Assembly (NCBI GenBank): GCA_964187785.1
Contig: OZ076413.1
Coordinates: 49,664,001-49,728,000 of the forward strand
DNA from: Amphiscolops sp. MND2022
Lineage: Eukaryota
Reading direction: 5' to 3'
Length of the DNA: 64,000 nucleotides
The first letter of the stretch is position 1. The number at the start of each line of letters is the position of its first letter. Below are positions 14,201 through 24,630 of this stretch, one piece after another. The translations under genes and the position numbers were made by a program. The notes under the pieces are model-generated. The model was not told the origin of the DNA. It saw only the letters and a list, made by a program, of their open reading frames with translations, and did not search any database.

Positions 14201-14940
14201 CGGGGAAGATTTGAGATCGCCAAATTTCCATTAAAGCGCAGCATTTCCGAGCCTAACAATGTAATCGGTTTTTGCTCCTTCTCTACCTTGAGACATGTGG
14301 AGGAAGCCAGTGCGTTCTGAAACCATCTGTCTCTTTCTTGTGGCTTCGAGTAACTTACGAGTTCTTTATGCATGTTTAAGAACTTCATGTCTTCAGTTGT
14401 CTGAGCGCGACGAGGCAACTGAGCTTAATCAGCGCCTCGAGGCTGCATTGGCTCATAACGAAATCAATCACCTGTAATTTTTGCTACGGCAGCGACAGCT
14501 GGCGTTCCGCTAGTTCCAAATGTTCAATTGTTGAGTCGATGTCCTTTTACTTTTCAACACGCTCGCACCTCGAACTTCTTGAGCACATATAAGCTTGATC
14601 GGGTTCCTTGAGGTTCAATTTCGGTTTACCCATTGAATTTGTTGATGACTATTGAAAAAAAACAGTTCAAAAAACTTGCGTTCGAATAGCTGAGAATTAC
14701 AAAACGGGCTTGGTTGTGAAGGTACAGCATAATTATGACCTGACACTAACTATTCTGAAGTGACAACAGCGGCTCTGTGTCCGAGACTCTAAAAGCTCAC
14801 CTTTAAATGTCTTTTTCGCTTAGCCTCTCTCTGCTGCTTGTGAGTTCTTCTTTAGTGCCTTTTGTTTTCAAGATCTTCCACTAGTTCGGGTGGTAACGTA
14901 GGACACCTCTGAGTTCGAGATCGCTGGGTTGATGCAGCAG
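11225..14940 (-). mobile_element. Older, decayed copy of the Mag-type element (3' LTR remnant, IN, RT/RH with ~0.5-kb deletion, PR, gag, 3' end of ORF0)
   Basis: Colinear nucleotide similarity to 16430-20870 throughout. The junction near 12840 joins sequence equivalent to ~18170 and ~18683. Confidence 0.9.
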
Positions 14941-15133
14941 TAAATTGTCATTTGGCTTTAAGTCACTTGACTTAAATTCATTTAGCCTAATACATTTGGT
15001 CACTTGGCCGAAATGTTTAAATCTAAGTGTCTCGGGTAATGGTGATTTAAATTTAAGTCGTTGGGCCTTAAATCACTAAGTTCAAAACCCGTTGCAAGAT
15101 TTGTCGGAATTATTCTTGTAATGTTCCAGGCTA

Positions 15134-15242
15134 TTCAATCTCAAACTCAATCCCAAACCCAATCCCAATCTCAAACTCAATCTCAAACCCAACCTCAATC
15201 AATTCCTTACAAAAATTTTAGGTTCAATCCAAATCTCAATCC
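15134..15242 (+). repeat. (CAATCY/CAAACY)n hexamer microsatellite
   Basis: Direct reading. Short tracts of the same motif occur at ~21556-21576 and ~22677-22695. Confidence 0.85.
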
Positions 15243-15479
15243 TGCTTTTGACTTTGACTTTCTTCTGCAATAGCCAGTAAAACTCGTAATATGAGTGCGC
15301 GTTACATTTCACTGATCATCTCTAGTCTTTTCACTGTTTTTTAGATGGCAGAGGTGCATGTAGTGGAAGACAACGACGAGAATTCTTCAAATGGAGCAAA
15401 ATTAGGTCTATGTACTACACGGATACTGGTTGAGTTCCGCTTGTGCGATACAAAAGGCTCGGACGTGCATAAGTTTTTG

Positions 15480-16360
15480 CATAGAATCCATTGATCCAGT
15501 GTCTATAAGAAATTTTTGCCAACTAGAATCGATAGAGGCAGCGATCTCAATGAATAAATCACACCCAGTGCAAGCTGCCACTAGGCTAGGGGTTGCTAGT
15601 TTGACGCTGGATTGTTTGGGATTGCTGGTTGCGATGAAGCATCAATCAACTGTGGTTTCTGACCAGGCCACTTACACCAAGGTTTACACCCCTTGGCATT
15701 ATTTGCATAGAAGACGTGAAATCGCCAAACTTTCGGTTTTTGCCCCGCGCTGAAGGGAAACATCCCTCCCTTTTGCTGTCTAGAAATGGGTTGAAAATTT
15801 CTAGTGGGGGAGACAGAATCATGTTCTGGCTTAGGATCGGGTCTTACTGCTGCTACATGGTAGTCGAACGTTGAATACTGGTATATCGTATCCGCAAGTT
15901 TAGCGAAATTGTCCAAGGCCAAATTATGATGTGCGGACAGGGCAACACGTGTTGTTGTTGGAGGTGACGCTTGGAGGAATTTGTGGCGTAAAAATTGGTC
16001 ATCGACGGTTAAATGGCAATCTTTGTATGGCTTTATGCGGAGGAAACAGACTGACGGTTTTCGGCCGTCACGGGAAATTGAACCTAAGGCCTCCTCCAAT
16101 AACTCCTGTCGACTTTTTGGGTAGATTCCAATTATCTGCTCCTTCAGAGATTCATAAGAAGTAACGTCCAGTGGGAGGTTGATTGCGACGTCCTCCGGTA
16201 ATGCGCCCATGACGTGGTGAAACTTTGTTTGGTAACTGGTGATAATTGCTAGTGCAAATTGGGACTCGAGTTGTCTGAACCAGACTTGCGTGTTGCTTCT
16301 ATAGAAAGTTGGAGGTTTGATTGTTATTCTCCCCACTTGAACACTGTTTATGCGATCACC
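15480..16360 (-). pseudogene. Gag plus protease fragment of a second Ty3/Gypsy family (DUF7041-type gag)
   Basis: IKPPTFYRSNTQVWFRQLESQF...TKFHHVMGALP; degenerate knuckle WRFHVFYANNAKGCKPWC; protease KFLIDTGS near 15493-15520. Confidence 0.8.
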
Positions 16361-16366
16361 GCTACC

Positions 16367-16524
16367 TGTCGTGTTTCTCGTTGAACAAAACGCTTTTCTA
16401 TAAAAGTTAGTATTCTATAGACGGCAGTTGTCAAAGCACATATCAAAGGGACATCGACATCTAAAATAAAACATAAGTCAATTACAGCAATATATAATAA
16501 AGGCATAAATCAGTATACACAACA
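16367..16524 (-). repeat. 3' LTR
   Basis: 158 bp, 8 substitutions by my count versus 21328-21485. Preceded on the minus strand by the PPT CTCTTGGAAGGGGGA (16525-16539). Confidence 0.95.
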
Positions 16525-16546
16525 TCCCCCTTCCAAGAGTTCATAG

Positions 16547-17763
16547 CTACTTGCAAATGAAGTCGTTGATTATTGGGTTCGGTTTCCTGACTCGTGCAGA
16601 CCTCCTGAGCGGGACCTCGGGAGTAGTAGAAGACTCTACAACCAAAGACGGGCCTCTACTAGAAACGCATGTCGAAGTTTGTTCCGCCACGCCCGTGGTC
16701 GTAGTACCATCTGTAGTTGATTTAGCCGTCACTAGATCAGGGGCAGCGGTAGTTGGACTGGCAAGGGAAGCAATTTGACTAGTACTTGCTAGAATTGTTC
16801 TCTCGGACCCGTCTGAAACTTCCTTAGTGATCCATGCTGTATTATTGCCCTTCCGAACGACATACCTCGCAGGAAAAGATTCAGTGTGAGGTCCAGCACG
16901 AAAAACTACGCGCTCTCCGATGGGATAATTGATGACAGCAGGAAGTCGCATTTTCCTTCCAAGCAGAACTTCTGAGGGAGTCTTCCCTCTCACGGAAGAA
17001 ATGTTACGGTGTGTGAACAGGACTCGCTGCAGAAATGCCTGGAAACTGACACGAAAAGACAAGTTCCATGCTCTCATTGCTTTCTTTACAGTCAGCACAG
17101 CCCGTTCGGCAAGTCCATTACTCCTTGGATTGTTGATTGGGCTCTCTAATTTGGTGCAGCCTTGAGCCTGTAGCCACGTGACAACTTTGTCGTTGATAAA
17201 TTCTTTTGCATTGTCGGAAACTAAAGGTGTGGGACCCCAAATCTCCCAAAAATGGCGGACAGACAATGTATGACTTTTTCCGTGGGCCGATCGCCGCATA
17301 TGAGCGCTTCTATCCAACCAGAACCAGCGTCGACAATGATAAGAATGTTGCCTACTTCTTGAATATAAGCCCAATCCATGTGTAGTCTCTCCCATGATTG
17401 TGCATCTGGCCAAGTATCGATCGATTTCTCAGTTCGTGGTCGGATTTTTGCACATTCAGAGCAGGCATTTATGAATTTTTCAACATCTTTTCCAACTCCA
17501 GGCCACCAAGACATTAGGTTCACCATGTTCTTTGTCGCCTGGACACCAGGGTGCGTGTCATGGGCTCGTTCAATTACAATGTTTCGCATTCTTGGTGGAA
17601 TGTAAGGTCTAGTTCCATTGTACAGCAGCCCGTTCTCGACTGTGAGCAAACCAGATACTTTCTTGAAAAGACTCTCTACTTGAGTACATGCTTTCCAATC
17701 GCCATCGATTACCCGCCTGATAATTCGCTTCGCCAATTCATCGCGTTCACATTCATTCCTCAA
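16547..17763 (-). pseudogene. Integrase (frameshift near 17230)
   Basis: HDTHPG...CSEC zinc domain; LHMDWA; VSDNAKEF; SNGLAERAV. Confidence 0.92.
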
Positions 17764-19306
17764 CTCTTCGAATGGAATGAGTTTATGCTCGGCATAATGA
17801 ACACAGAATTCATCAAGCTTGGAACTTCAGTAGTCGACTAGATTGCACTCGTCGTCATCCTTATCGAATTTCAGCCCACTCATGGCGTCAGCATGAGAAA
17901 TCGAAGAACTTTCTTTGTATTTAATCTCATAATCGAAGGCCATAAGCGAAATTGCCCATCTTGTGATTCTTGCTGATACGGTTTTTGGGAGTTCCTAGTT
18001 TGGAGCAAATATGAATTCCAGGGGACGATGATCAGTTTCGAGGTTGAATTTCCGGCCAAGTAAAAACTGCTTCAAGCGTTTTACCACACAACAATCGCTA
18101 GGGCTTCTCGCTCAATGTTAGAGTACCTTTGCTCAGCTTGAGACAATGTCTTCGGTACATAAATTACAGAATGCCCCTCTTGAGATAAGACTCCGCCAAT
18201 AGCTTTCCCAGACGCATCAGTCGTGATTGTTACTTCCTTTTTCAGAGAATAGGGCTGAACGACAGGTTTCGATGCTAGCTCAGATTTCAGCCTTTCGAAT
18301 CCACGTTGACATTTGTCGGTCCACTGGAACTCAGCCTCCGACTTCTTCCTCAGATCAGATATTTGGGCAATTTTCGACGTGAAGTTTGAGATGAACCGGC
18401 CGTAGAAGTTGACAAACCCACAAAATTGTTCGACTTCCTTAACACATTGAGGAGGATGGATTTTCCTGACTTTATTGACAAGGCGATCATCGGGCTCAAT
18501 CCCGCTTCCTGAAATTGTAAAACCGAGAAAAGTGATTTTCTCCATGACATTTCCAGACTTGATTTCGTTTATGGTGAACCCCTTGTCTTTCAGGCGAACC
18601 TGAACTGCCCTCCAACGCTTCTCACATTGACTTTTTGTTCTTCCGTGTACCAGTACGTCGTCCTGGAAACAGATAGTTCCAGCCAATCCTTTGAGAGTGT
18701 TCTCGATTGTTCGCTGGAACATTTCGGATGCATTTTTCATTCCTTGAGGTAGTCTGAGTAACTTGAAGAAACCCAGCGTTGTGTTGATGACACAAATTTC
18801 CTGCGCTGCATCATCCAGCATTATTTGGTAATAAGCAGATGATAAGTCAATCTTGACGTAAAACTTCGATCCTTCCAGCTCGTGAAATAATGTTTCCATG
18901 TCGGGAAGGGGTAGTCTTCAGTCATGATCTTATCGTTCACAAGAACTTTGAAGTCTGCACAAAGCCGAAAAGATCCGTCTTTCTTCCTTTGCCACACGAC
19001 TGGCGAGGCATTCATGACACCAGGGGCAATGATTCCTTGTGCCTGAAGTTTCGTCAATTCAATCTTGACCTGGTCTTCCGTGGCAAGTGGAACTTTTCGA
19101 GCGCGACAGAAAACAGGTTTTGCGTCAGGCTTCAGTTTGATAGTGGCTTTAACTCCTTTAATTGCAGGCAAGACTTTTACATCAGACAGAGACGCGTTGT
19201 GAATGTGATCAACTCGGGTCACGTCTCTGCCGATCAATCCGAATTCTTTCTCGGACTCGATAACTGCAACGTCAACGCTATGAATTTTTTTCCCAAGGGA
19301 TCTCAC
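17764..19306 (-). pseudogene. Reverse transcriptase / RNase H (frameshifted)
   Basis: ASPVVWQRKKDGSFRLCADFK; KIDLSSAYYQ; RLPQGMKNA; CFQDDVLV; TTDASGKAIGGVL; YSNIEREALA. Confidence 0.92.
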
Positions 19307-20462
19307 ACATCAGATGACCAATATAAAGCATTCTGTGTCCATCATATGCTTCAATCCATCGGGGGCTAGTGGCCAAGGTAGGAGAGCCAATTTCCCGCCA
19401 AATTTTTGTTGAAATAATGGTCACTGAAGATCCAGTGTCGTTCTGCATTCGAACGTCATGGCCATTTATCTTGATGCTATGAAATTCAGCTTTGCTTCCA
19501 ATGTGATGGACTTCTTCTACAGTTGCGACTTGTTCTGCATAATACATGGTTTCCTCAGACGAGGCGGAATTTTCGAATTCTTGTTCTTCACAAGTATGGT
19601 ACACTGTTGCATTTGATTTTCGATAGGTTTTCCCCTCAGTTCGCGAGGCTTCTTGTCTTTTAGCTTTACACATTCTGGAATAGTGTCCTTGCTTCGAGCA
19701 ATTGTGGCACTTTTCATCCTTGGCAGGGCACTCATGAAGTAAATGGAATAGTTTTCGTCCACATCGTCTACACTGCTCTGGCTTCAGACGGCGACTCAGA
19801 TCTTTTTTATTATTGGGGCCACGTTTTTCCGCATATGCCACTACACTTGAAGTTGACTGATGAACTGAGCTCTCAGCAAATCTCTTGGCCTGGGTTCTGT
19901 ATTGAATAGGCTGAAGCAGTTCTTCCACAGTCAAATTGTCGTTTGCTCTGAGTGCTTCAAGCAACTTGAGCTTTGATTCGCTGTCTCGTAACCCGGCGAT
20001 GAATTGTAATCGGATCAATTCAGCTTCAGGATCCGCAGAAGCTTTGAGATCGACAAACTTACAATAACGCGCAGCCTCTCGGAGCCTAGCAAGGTAGTCG
20101 GTTTCTGCTTCTTCTCCCCCTTGAGACATCTGAAGGAAGCCAGTGCGTTCTGCAACCACCAGTCTCTCTTGTGGCTTCAAGTAATTTATGAGATCCTTAC
20201 GAATGTCCATGAATTTCATGTCTTCAATGTTTCTTGGCACGACGAGGCTACTGAGCTTTATCAACGCTTCGAGGCCGCATTGGATCATGAAGAAATCAGT
20301 CACCTGATAATCTTTTGCTATGGCAGCCACAGCTGGCGGTCCACTAGTTCCAGGTGTTGCGTCGATGTCCCTTTTCTTTTCAACACGGCTCGCGCCTCGA
20401 ACGCCTTGAGCCACATAAGTGCTTGATCGGGTTCCTTGAGGTTCAATTCCGGTTTACAAATT
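19278..20462 (-). pseudogene. Gag-protease (start codon mutated, frameshift near 20390)
   Basis: Mag-like capsid (LVVAERTGF...YLARLREAARYCKF), knuckles CRRCG..H...ECP and CHNCSKQGHYSRMC, protease NDTGSSVTII. The older copy shows the N-terminus MGKP.LNLKEPDQA. Confidence 0.9.
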
Positions 20463-20517
20463 GATTTTGGTAATGACTTGAAAAAAAACACGAATCGAAC
20501 AAGTTGAGTCTTAATGG

Positions 20518-21291
20518 CTAAGAATTACTAAGGGGGCTTTGAGTCCAAGACTCTAAAAGCTCACCTTTAATTCGAAAAGCTATAAAGAGGTAACAACAGC
20601 GGCTCTGAGTCCGAGACTCTAAAAGCTCACCTTTAATTCGAAAAGCTATAAAGAGGTAACAACAGCGGCTCTGAGTCCGAGACTCTAAAAGCTCACCTTT
20701 AGTTGTCTTTTTTTTTCTCTTAGCCTCTCTTCGTTGCCCGTGAGTTCTTCGCTTGGTGCCTCTTGTTTTCAAGATCTTCCGCAGGTTCGGATAATAATGC
20801 AAAACTACACCTAGGGATCTGAGTTCGAGATCTCTGGATTGGTGTAAGGCTTTGTACTTCTCGACGAGTACTTCACTGCGCTGCTCTGACTTGCTCAAAA
20901 TATCTGTCGTGACTTGGATGATTGGGCAGTCCAATGTTCTCAGGTCTTCAAAAATATTCGGGGACACTGTACGTTGGCAATAAACAATGCCGCATAAGTT
21001 TGTTAGACTTCTCAATGAAGCCACCAGCTGATTTACACTTTGCGGTTGATAGTTGTTACTTTTGTGGGGTGTGATAGTATTGTTAATCAGATCGTGCCAC
21101 AGGATTATTCTCGTATCTCTCAGTTCTTCGGACTTTAGATAGTTGTAAACGTCTTTTGACTTGTTCACGGACTCTGGGTTCAGGCTAAAACCGGGACCGG
21201 CGTGGACGAGTTCTCGTAGTTGTTTACGCAACTTGATTTGAAGTTCTTCAATTGAGTTGTACAAGGAACTGGCAGCAATAATTGTGAGCAT
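20518..21291 (-). CDS. ORF0: predicted SGNH/GDSL-hydrolase-like protein with basic tail, between PBS and gag
   Basis: Open frame from ATG 21291 (257 aa). Motif order IIAASSL / VHAGPG / IILWHDLINN / GIVYCQR / PIIQV / KALHQS resembles SGNH blocks. Homologous remnants in the other copies. Fold assignment is inference. Confidence 0.65.
   Translation of the reverse strand: MLTIIAASSLYNSIEELQIKLRKQLRELVHAGPGFSLNPESVNKSKDVYNYLKSEELRDTRIILWHDLINNTITPHKSNNYQPQSVNQLVASLRSLTNLCGIVYCQRTVSPNIFEDLRTLDCPIIQVTTDILSKSEQRSEVLVEKYKALHQSRDLELRSLGVVLHYYPNLRKILKTRGTKRRTHGQRREAKRKKKTTKGELLESRTQSRCCYLFIAFRIKGELLESRTQSRCCYLFIAFRIKGELLESWTQSPLSNS
20535..20700. repeat. 66-bp tandem repeat (~2.5 units) between ORF0 and gag
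   Basis: CTCACCTTT recurs at 20560, 20626 and 20692. Confidence 0.95.
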
Positions 21292-21305
21292 GCTAACCTT
21301 GAAAT

Positions 21306-21325
21306 GAATCCTGGTCTGGACACCA
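21306..21325 (-). promoter_or_regulatory. Primer-binding site
   Basis: TGGTGTCCAGACCAGGATTC, 2 nt after the 5' LTR. Its complement GAATCCTGGTCTGGACACCA looks like a tRNA T-arm/acceptor 3' end with CCA. Confidence 0.85.
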
Positions 21326-21327
21326 AT

Positions 21328-21485
21328 TGTCGTGTTTCTCGTTGATCGAAACGCTTTTCTATGAAGGTTAGTATTCTGTAGACGGCAGTTATGAAAGCAC
21401 ATATCAAAGGGACATCGACATCTAAAATAAAACATATGTCAATTACAGCAATATATAATAAAGGCATAAATCAGTATACACAACA
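21328..21485 (-). repeat. 5' LTR
   Basis: Matches 16367-16524 at ~95% identity. Confidence 0.95.
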
Positions 21486-21603
21486 CGGTCAAAATTACCT
21501 TATATTCGAAATCTACGTCAAACGTTGATTATGACCTCTGAAATCTATTTTGTTTCTCAATCCCAATCTCAATCCCTAAGCGCTAAGATTGGCCATATCC
21601 ATA

Positions 21604-22673
21604 GGGGCGGAATAACGTCTAAAGAATAACGTCTAAAGGAATAACGTCTAAAGGAATAACGTCTAAATTTTACTCATTTTTCAGGAATAACGTCTAAAGA
21701 TTTAGACGTTATTCCCGTTTTTTTGGATGTTTTTCCCGATTTTGAAATATTGTTTCTTGTGCTGAAAACTTCTTCCCTTGCTCAGGATTGAACTATGAAA
21801 TAGTCGAAGGCCACGGAATACGAGCAAAAGTCTGATGGGTATTCGTACCTAAATCGAAAAAATCGTCCAAATCATCAAAAAAAACTATGCAAATACGTCC
21901 GAAAAAAAAAGAAAAACGTATAAAATCCCAAAAAATGCGCAAAATAACCAAAAGTCATCAAAATACGACTGAGAAACGGCAAAAACACATGAAATTGTAA
22001 AAAATCGTAAAAGATCTAAAACTAAAAACTGATATAAAATATAAAACGTGTCTCGGATATGTCCCCATTCCTCATAGTGCCCTGCGGCCCCTAGTGGCCG
22101 CTTATGTTCCCATCTTGCCAAGCGAGATGGACCAGGAGCAAAGACCTAGCGGGAACGGAGATCGCCAAGCGATCGTAGTGGGAGCTGGTCTTTGCGACGG
22201 TGAGGGCGAGCGTGCATACACCGCATATGCCCAACATTTTGATATTTTCGCTTTAAAAAAGCCTTTTTCGAATCGAATAACGTCTAAAACTTTAGACGCT
22301 GGTCTCAAAAAATGATTTATTTTAGACGTTATTCCCGTTCTGTATTTAGATGTTAGTCCTCAGACGTTCTTCCCGCTGCCACGTATTTTGATGATTTTTT
22401 GACATATCAAACGTATTGGGCAATTTTAGACGTTATTCTCGTTTTTCAGACGTATTTTGAAGGTTTTTTGACATTTTAAACGTATGTCAGTTTTAGAAGT
22501 TATTCCGCTTTTTAGACGTTATTCCGCATTTTAGACGTTATTCCACTTTTTAGACGTTATTCCCGTTTTTAAAGACTTTAGTCCCGTTCATTTCAGATTT
22601 AGATGTTATTCCTTTAGACGTTATTCCCGGTGGATTTTTAGACGTTATTCCTTAGACGTTATTCCTGTTCCCC
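21604..22673. mobile_element. Foldback-type non-autonomous element with arms built from GGAATAACGTCTAAA arrays
   Basis: Left end GGGGCGGAATAACGTCTAA with direct motif copies; right end TTAGACGTTATTCCTGTTCCCC with many inverted copies. TSD not clear. Confidence 0.7.
22052..22238 (-). repeat. ~185-bp GC-rich structured module, copy A
   Basis: Reverse complement of the copies at 23494, 23878 and 24255. Confidence 0.9.
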
Positions 22674-23095
22674 GCCAATTCCAATCTCAATCCCAAAATA
22701 GAAAATGAATCTTCAATCTTTAGAAATTCAAGCGCTTGATTTGCCTGCCCTTTTCACATACGGATCGACGTGTCTTATGGTTATCCCTAAATGTTGTTAC
22801 CTGGCGAAGGGAGCGAAACCACCGAGCCATACAACAATTATGCTAAACATTTCGTAATATTTTTGTTCATTGTTGTTTCTCGAACATTTCGGTAGAAATT
22901 CAATTCAGTTTTGGTCTTGAATGAGTTGTTTTTAGCTCTTGCTTGATTTAAAATGGACTTGGTTTCTTTTTGTGTTCGTTTGACTAAGGCCTCGACGAAA
23001 AAATTAAACCAAAGATTTTGTGACTCGTGATGGATGCAGCGAACTTATTTTCTTCAGTCCATCAGAATTGAGATAGCTGTGACGGCCTTTTACAC

Positions 23096-24567
23096 GGGTG
23101 GCTGTAAATAGGTCGAATTTTTCTGATCGAATGGACACAGGTCGGACCTTTTGATCGAATTGCAGGGATCGAATGAAATGCGGTCGAATTTGATCCAAGC
23201 CTTCGGGTCGAAAACGTTCTTTGTTTGCCGCAAGTCGATTGATTGGAGTGTACGCCTTTTATCTAATTGCTTGGGTCTAATGGAATTAGATCTAACTGTT
23301 AGGTCAAACTTTCAGATCTAATTTTATCTGAAAATTAGGTGGGGTATTTTTGGATCGAATTTTTGTGTGAGCGAAAAGCGAGATCGAAAATGGATCGAAG
23401 GTTTTGAGATCGAATTTTTCCGGTTTTGCTAAGTTTTTGCTCCTGTAAAGTGTTTAAAAGCGTTTAAAATTATTTAGGTAGTTTTCCCCACCTAATATGG
23501 GATCATATACGGTGTATGCACGGTCGCCCTCTTCGTCGCAAGGACCAGCTCCCACTACGATCGCCTCGCGATCTCCGTTCCCGCTAGGTCTTTGCTCCTG
23601 TTCGACCTCGCTCAGCAAGATGGGAACATAAGCGGCCCCAAGGGGCCGCGGGGCATTAGAGGAAATGGGGGCATATCCGACGGCCTAAAACATTGTTATT
23701 TGAAATCGCTATGTATTTGAAAACATGGATTCGATCTCATTTTCTTCGACCATTTTACTTCGATCTCAGTGACAGATTGCATTTTCGCGCAAACTCATTC
23801 GATCGAAACGCCCACCGCCAAAAAAACTTATGTCTAACCCCTTTATGATCTTATATGTGTTCTGAAAACGAAAATATAATGTGGGGCATATGCGGTGTAT
23901 GCACGCTCGCCCTCAACGTCGCAAAGACCAGCTCCCACTACGATCGCTTGGCGGTCTCCGTTCCCGCTAGATCTTTGCTCCTGTTCGACCTCGCTTAGCA
24001 AGATGGGAATATAAGCGGCCACTAGGGGCCGCGGGGCACTAGAGGAAATGGGGACATATCCGAGGCGCGTTTTATATTTTATATTACTTTTTAGTTTCAG
24101 ATCCTAGTTGACTTATTTTCTTTCTCAAATTAAATCAAATTACAAGAGATTTTCAGACCTGATTATTTAGATCAATTTATTTAGATCTCAGTTTTGCCCC
24201 CTCTCTTAGATTAATTTCATTAGACCTGATTCCACGTAGCTGATTGATTATCATAATGTGGGGCATATGCTGTGTATGCACGCTCGCCCTCACCATCGCA
24301 AAGACCAGCTTGTCCTGTTCGACCTCGCTTAGCAAGATGGGAACATAAGCGGCCCCAAGTGGCCGCGGGGCACTAGAGGAAATGGGGACATATCCGAGAC
24401 ACAGTTTATACTTTTCTAGAAAATTCTATCTGCGGCAATTCGATTTGTTTCCCAAAAATCAAAATTTCTATCCGAGTTGTTTCGATCCCATTCAAAAATT
24501 TGGTATGTCGACCCGAGGACTAACTCTGATTTTCGATCCCGTTCCTTCGACCTATTTCCGCCCACCC
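23096..24567. mobile_element. Mutator-like (MULE) non-autonomous element
   Basis: TIRs GGGTGGCTGTAAATAGGTCGAA / TTCGACCTATTTCCGCCCACCC; exact 9-bp TSD CTTTTACAC (23087-23095, 24568-24576); GATCGA-rich subterminal repeats. Confidence 0.88.
23494..24400 (+). repeat. Three spaced copies of the ~185-bp module (23494-23680, 23878-24064, 24255-24400 with internal deletion)
   Basis: Direct sequence similarity. Confidence 0.9.
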
Positions 24568-24630
24568 CTTTTACACTCGCTCACAGACTCAGGATTCAGG
24601 CTAAAACGGGGACTGATGTGGACTTCTCGT

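Larger units (their letters stand above)
16367..21485 (-). mobile_element. Full-length Mag-type Ty3/Gypsy LTR retrotransposon with extra ORF0; pol disrupted by frameshifts and stops
   Basis: Paired 158-bp LTRs (TG...CA), PBS, PPT; order ORF0-gag(2 knuckles)-PR-RT-RH-IN. Confidence 0.95.

Noticed and set aside
15061..15273. QSQTQ-repeat ORF
   Set aside because: Translation of a hexamer microsatellite.
21292..21435. N-terminal 48 aa of the 305-aa ORF
   Set aside because: Lies within the LTR and PBS; the third copy supports the ATG at 21291.
23940..23980. U2 snRNA-like 5' end (ATCGCTT...GCTAGATC) in the GC-rich module
   Set aside because: Lacks the GTAGTA branch-pairing sequence and an Sm site.
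24015..24045. Helitron 3' end (hairpin plus CTAG)
   Set aside because: CTAG is followed by A and homology between copies continues beyond it.
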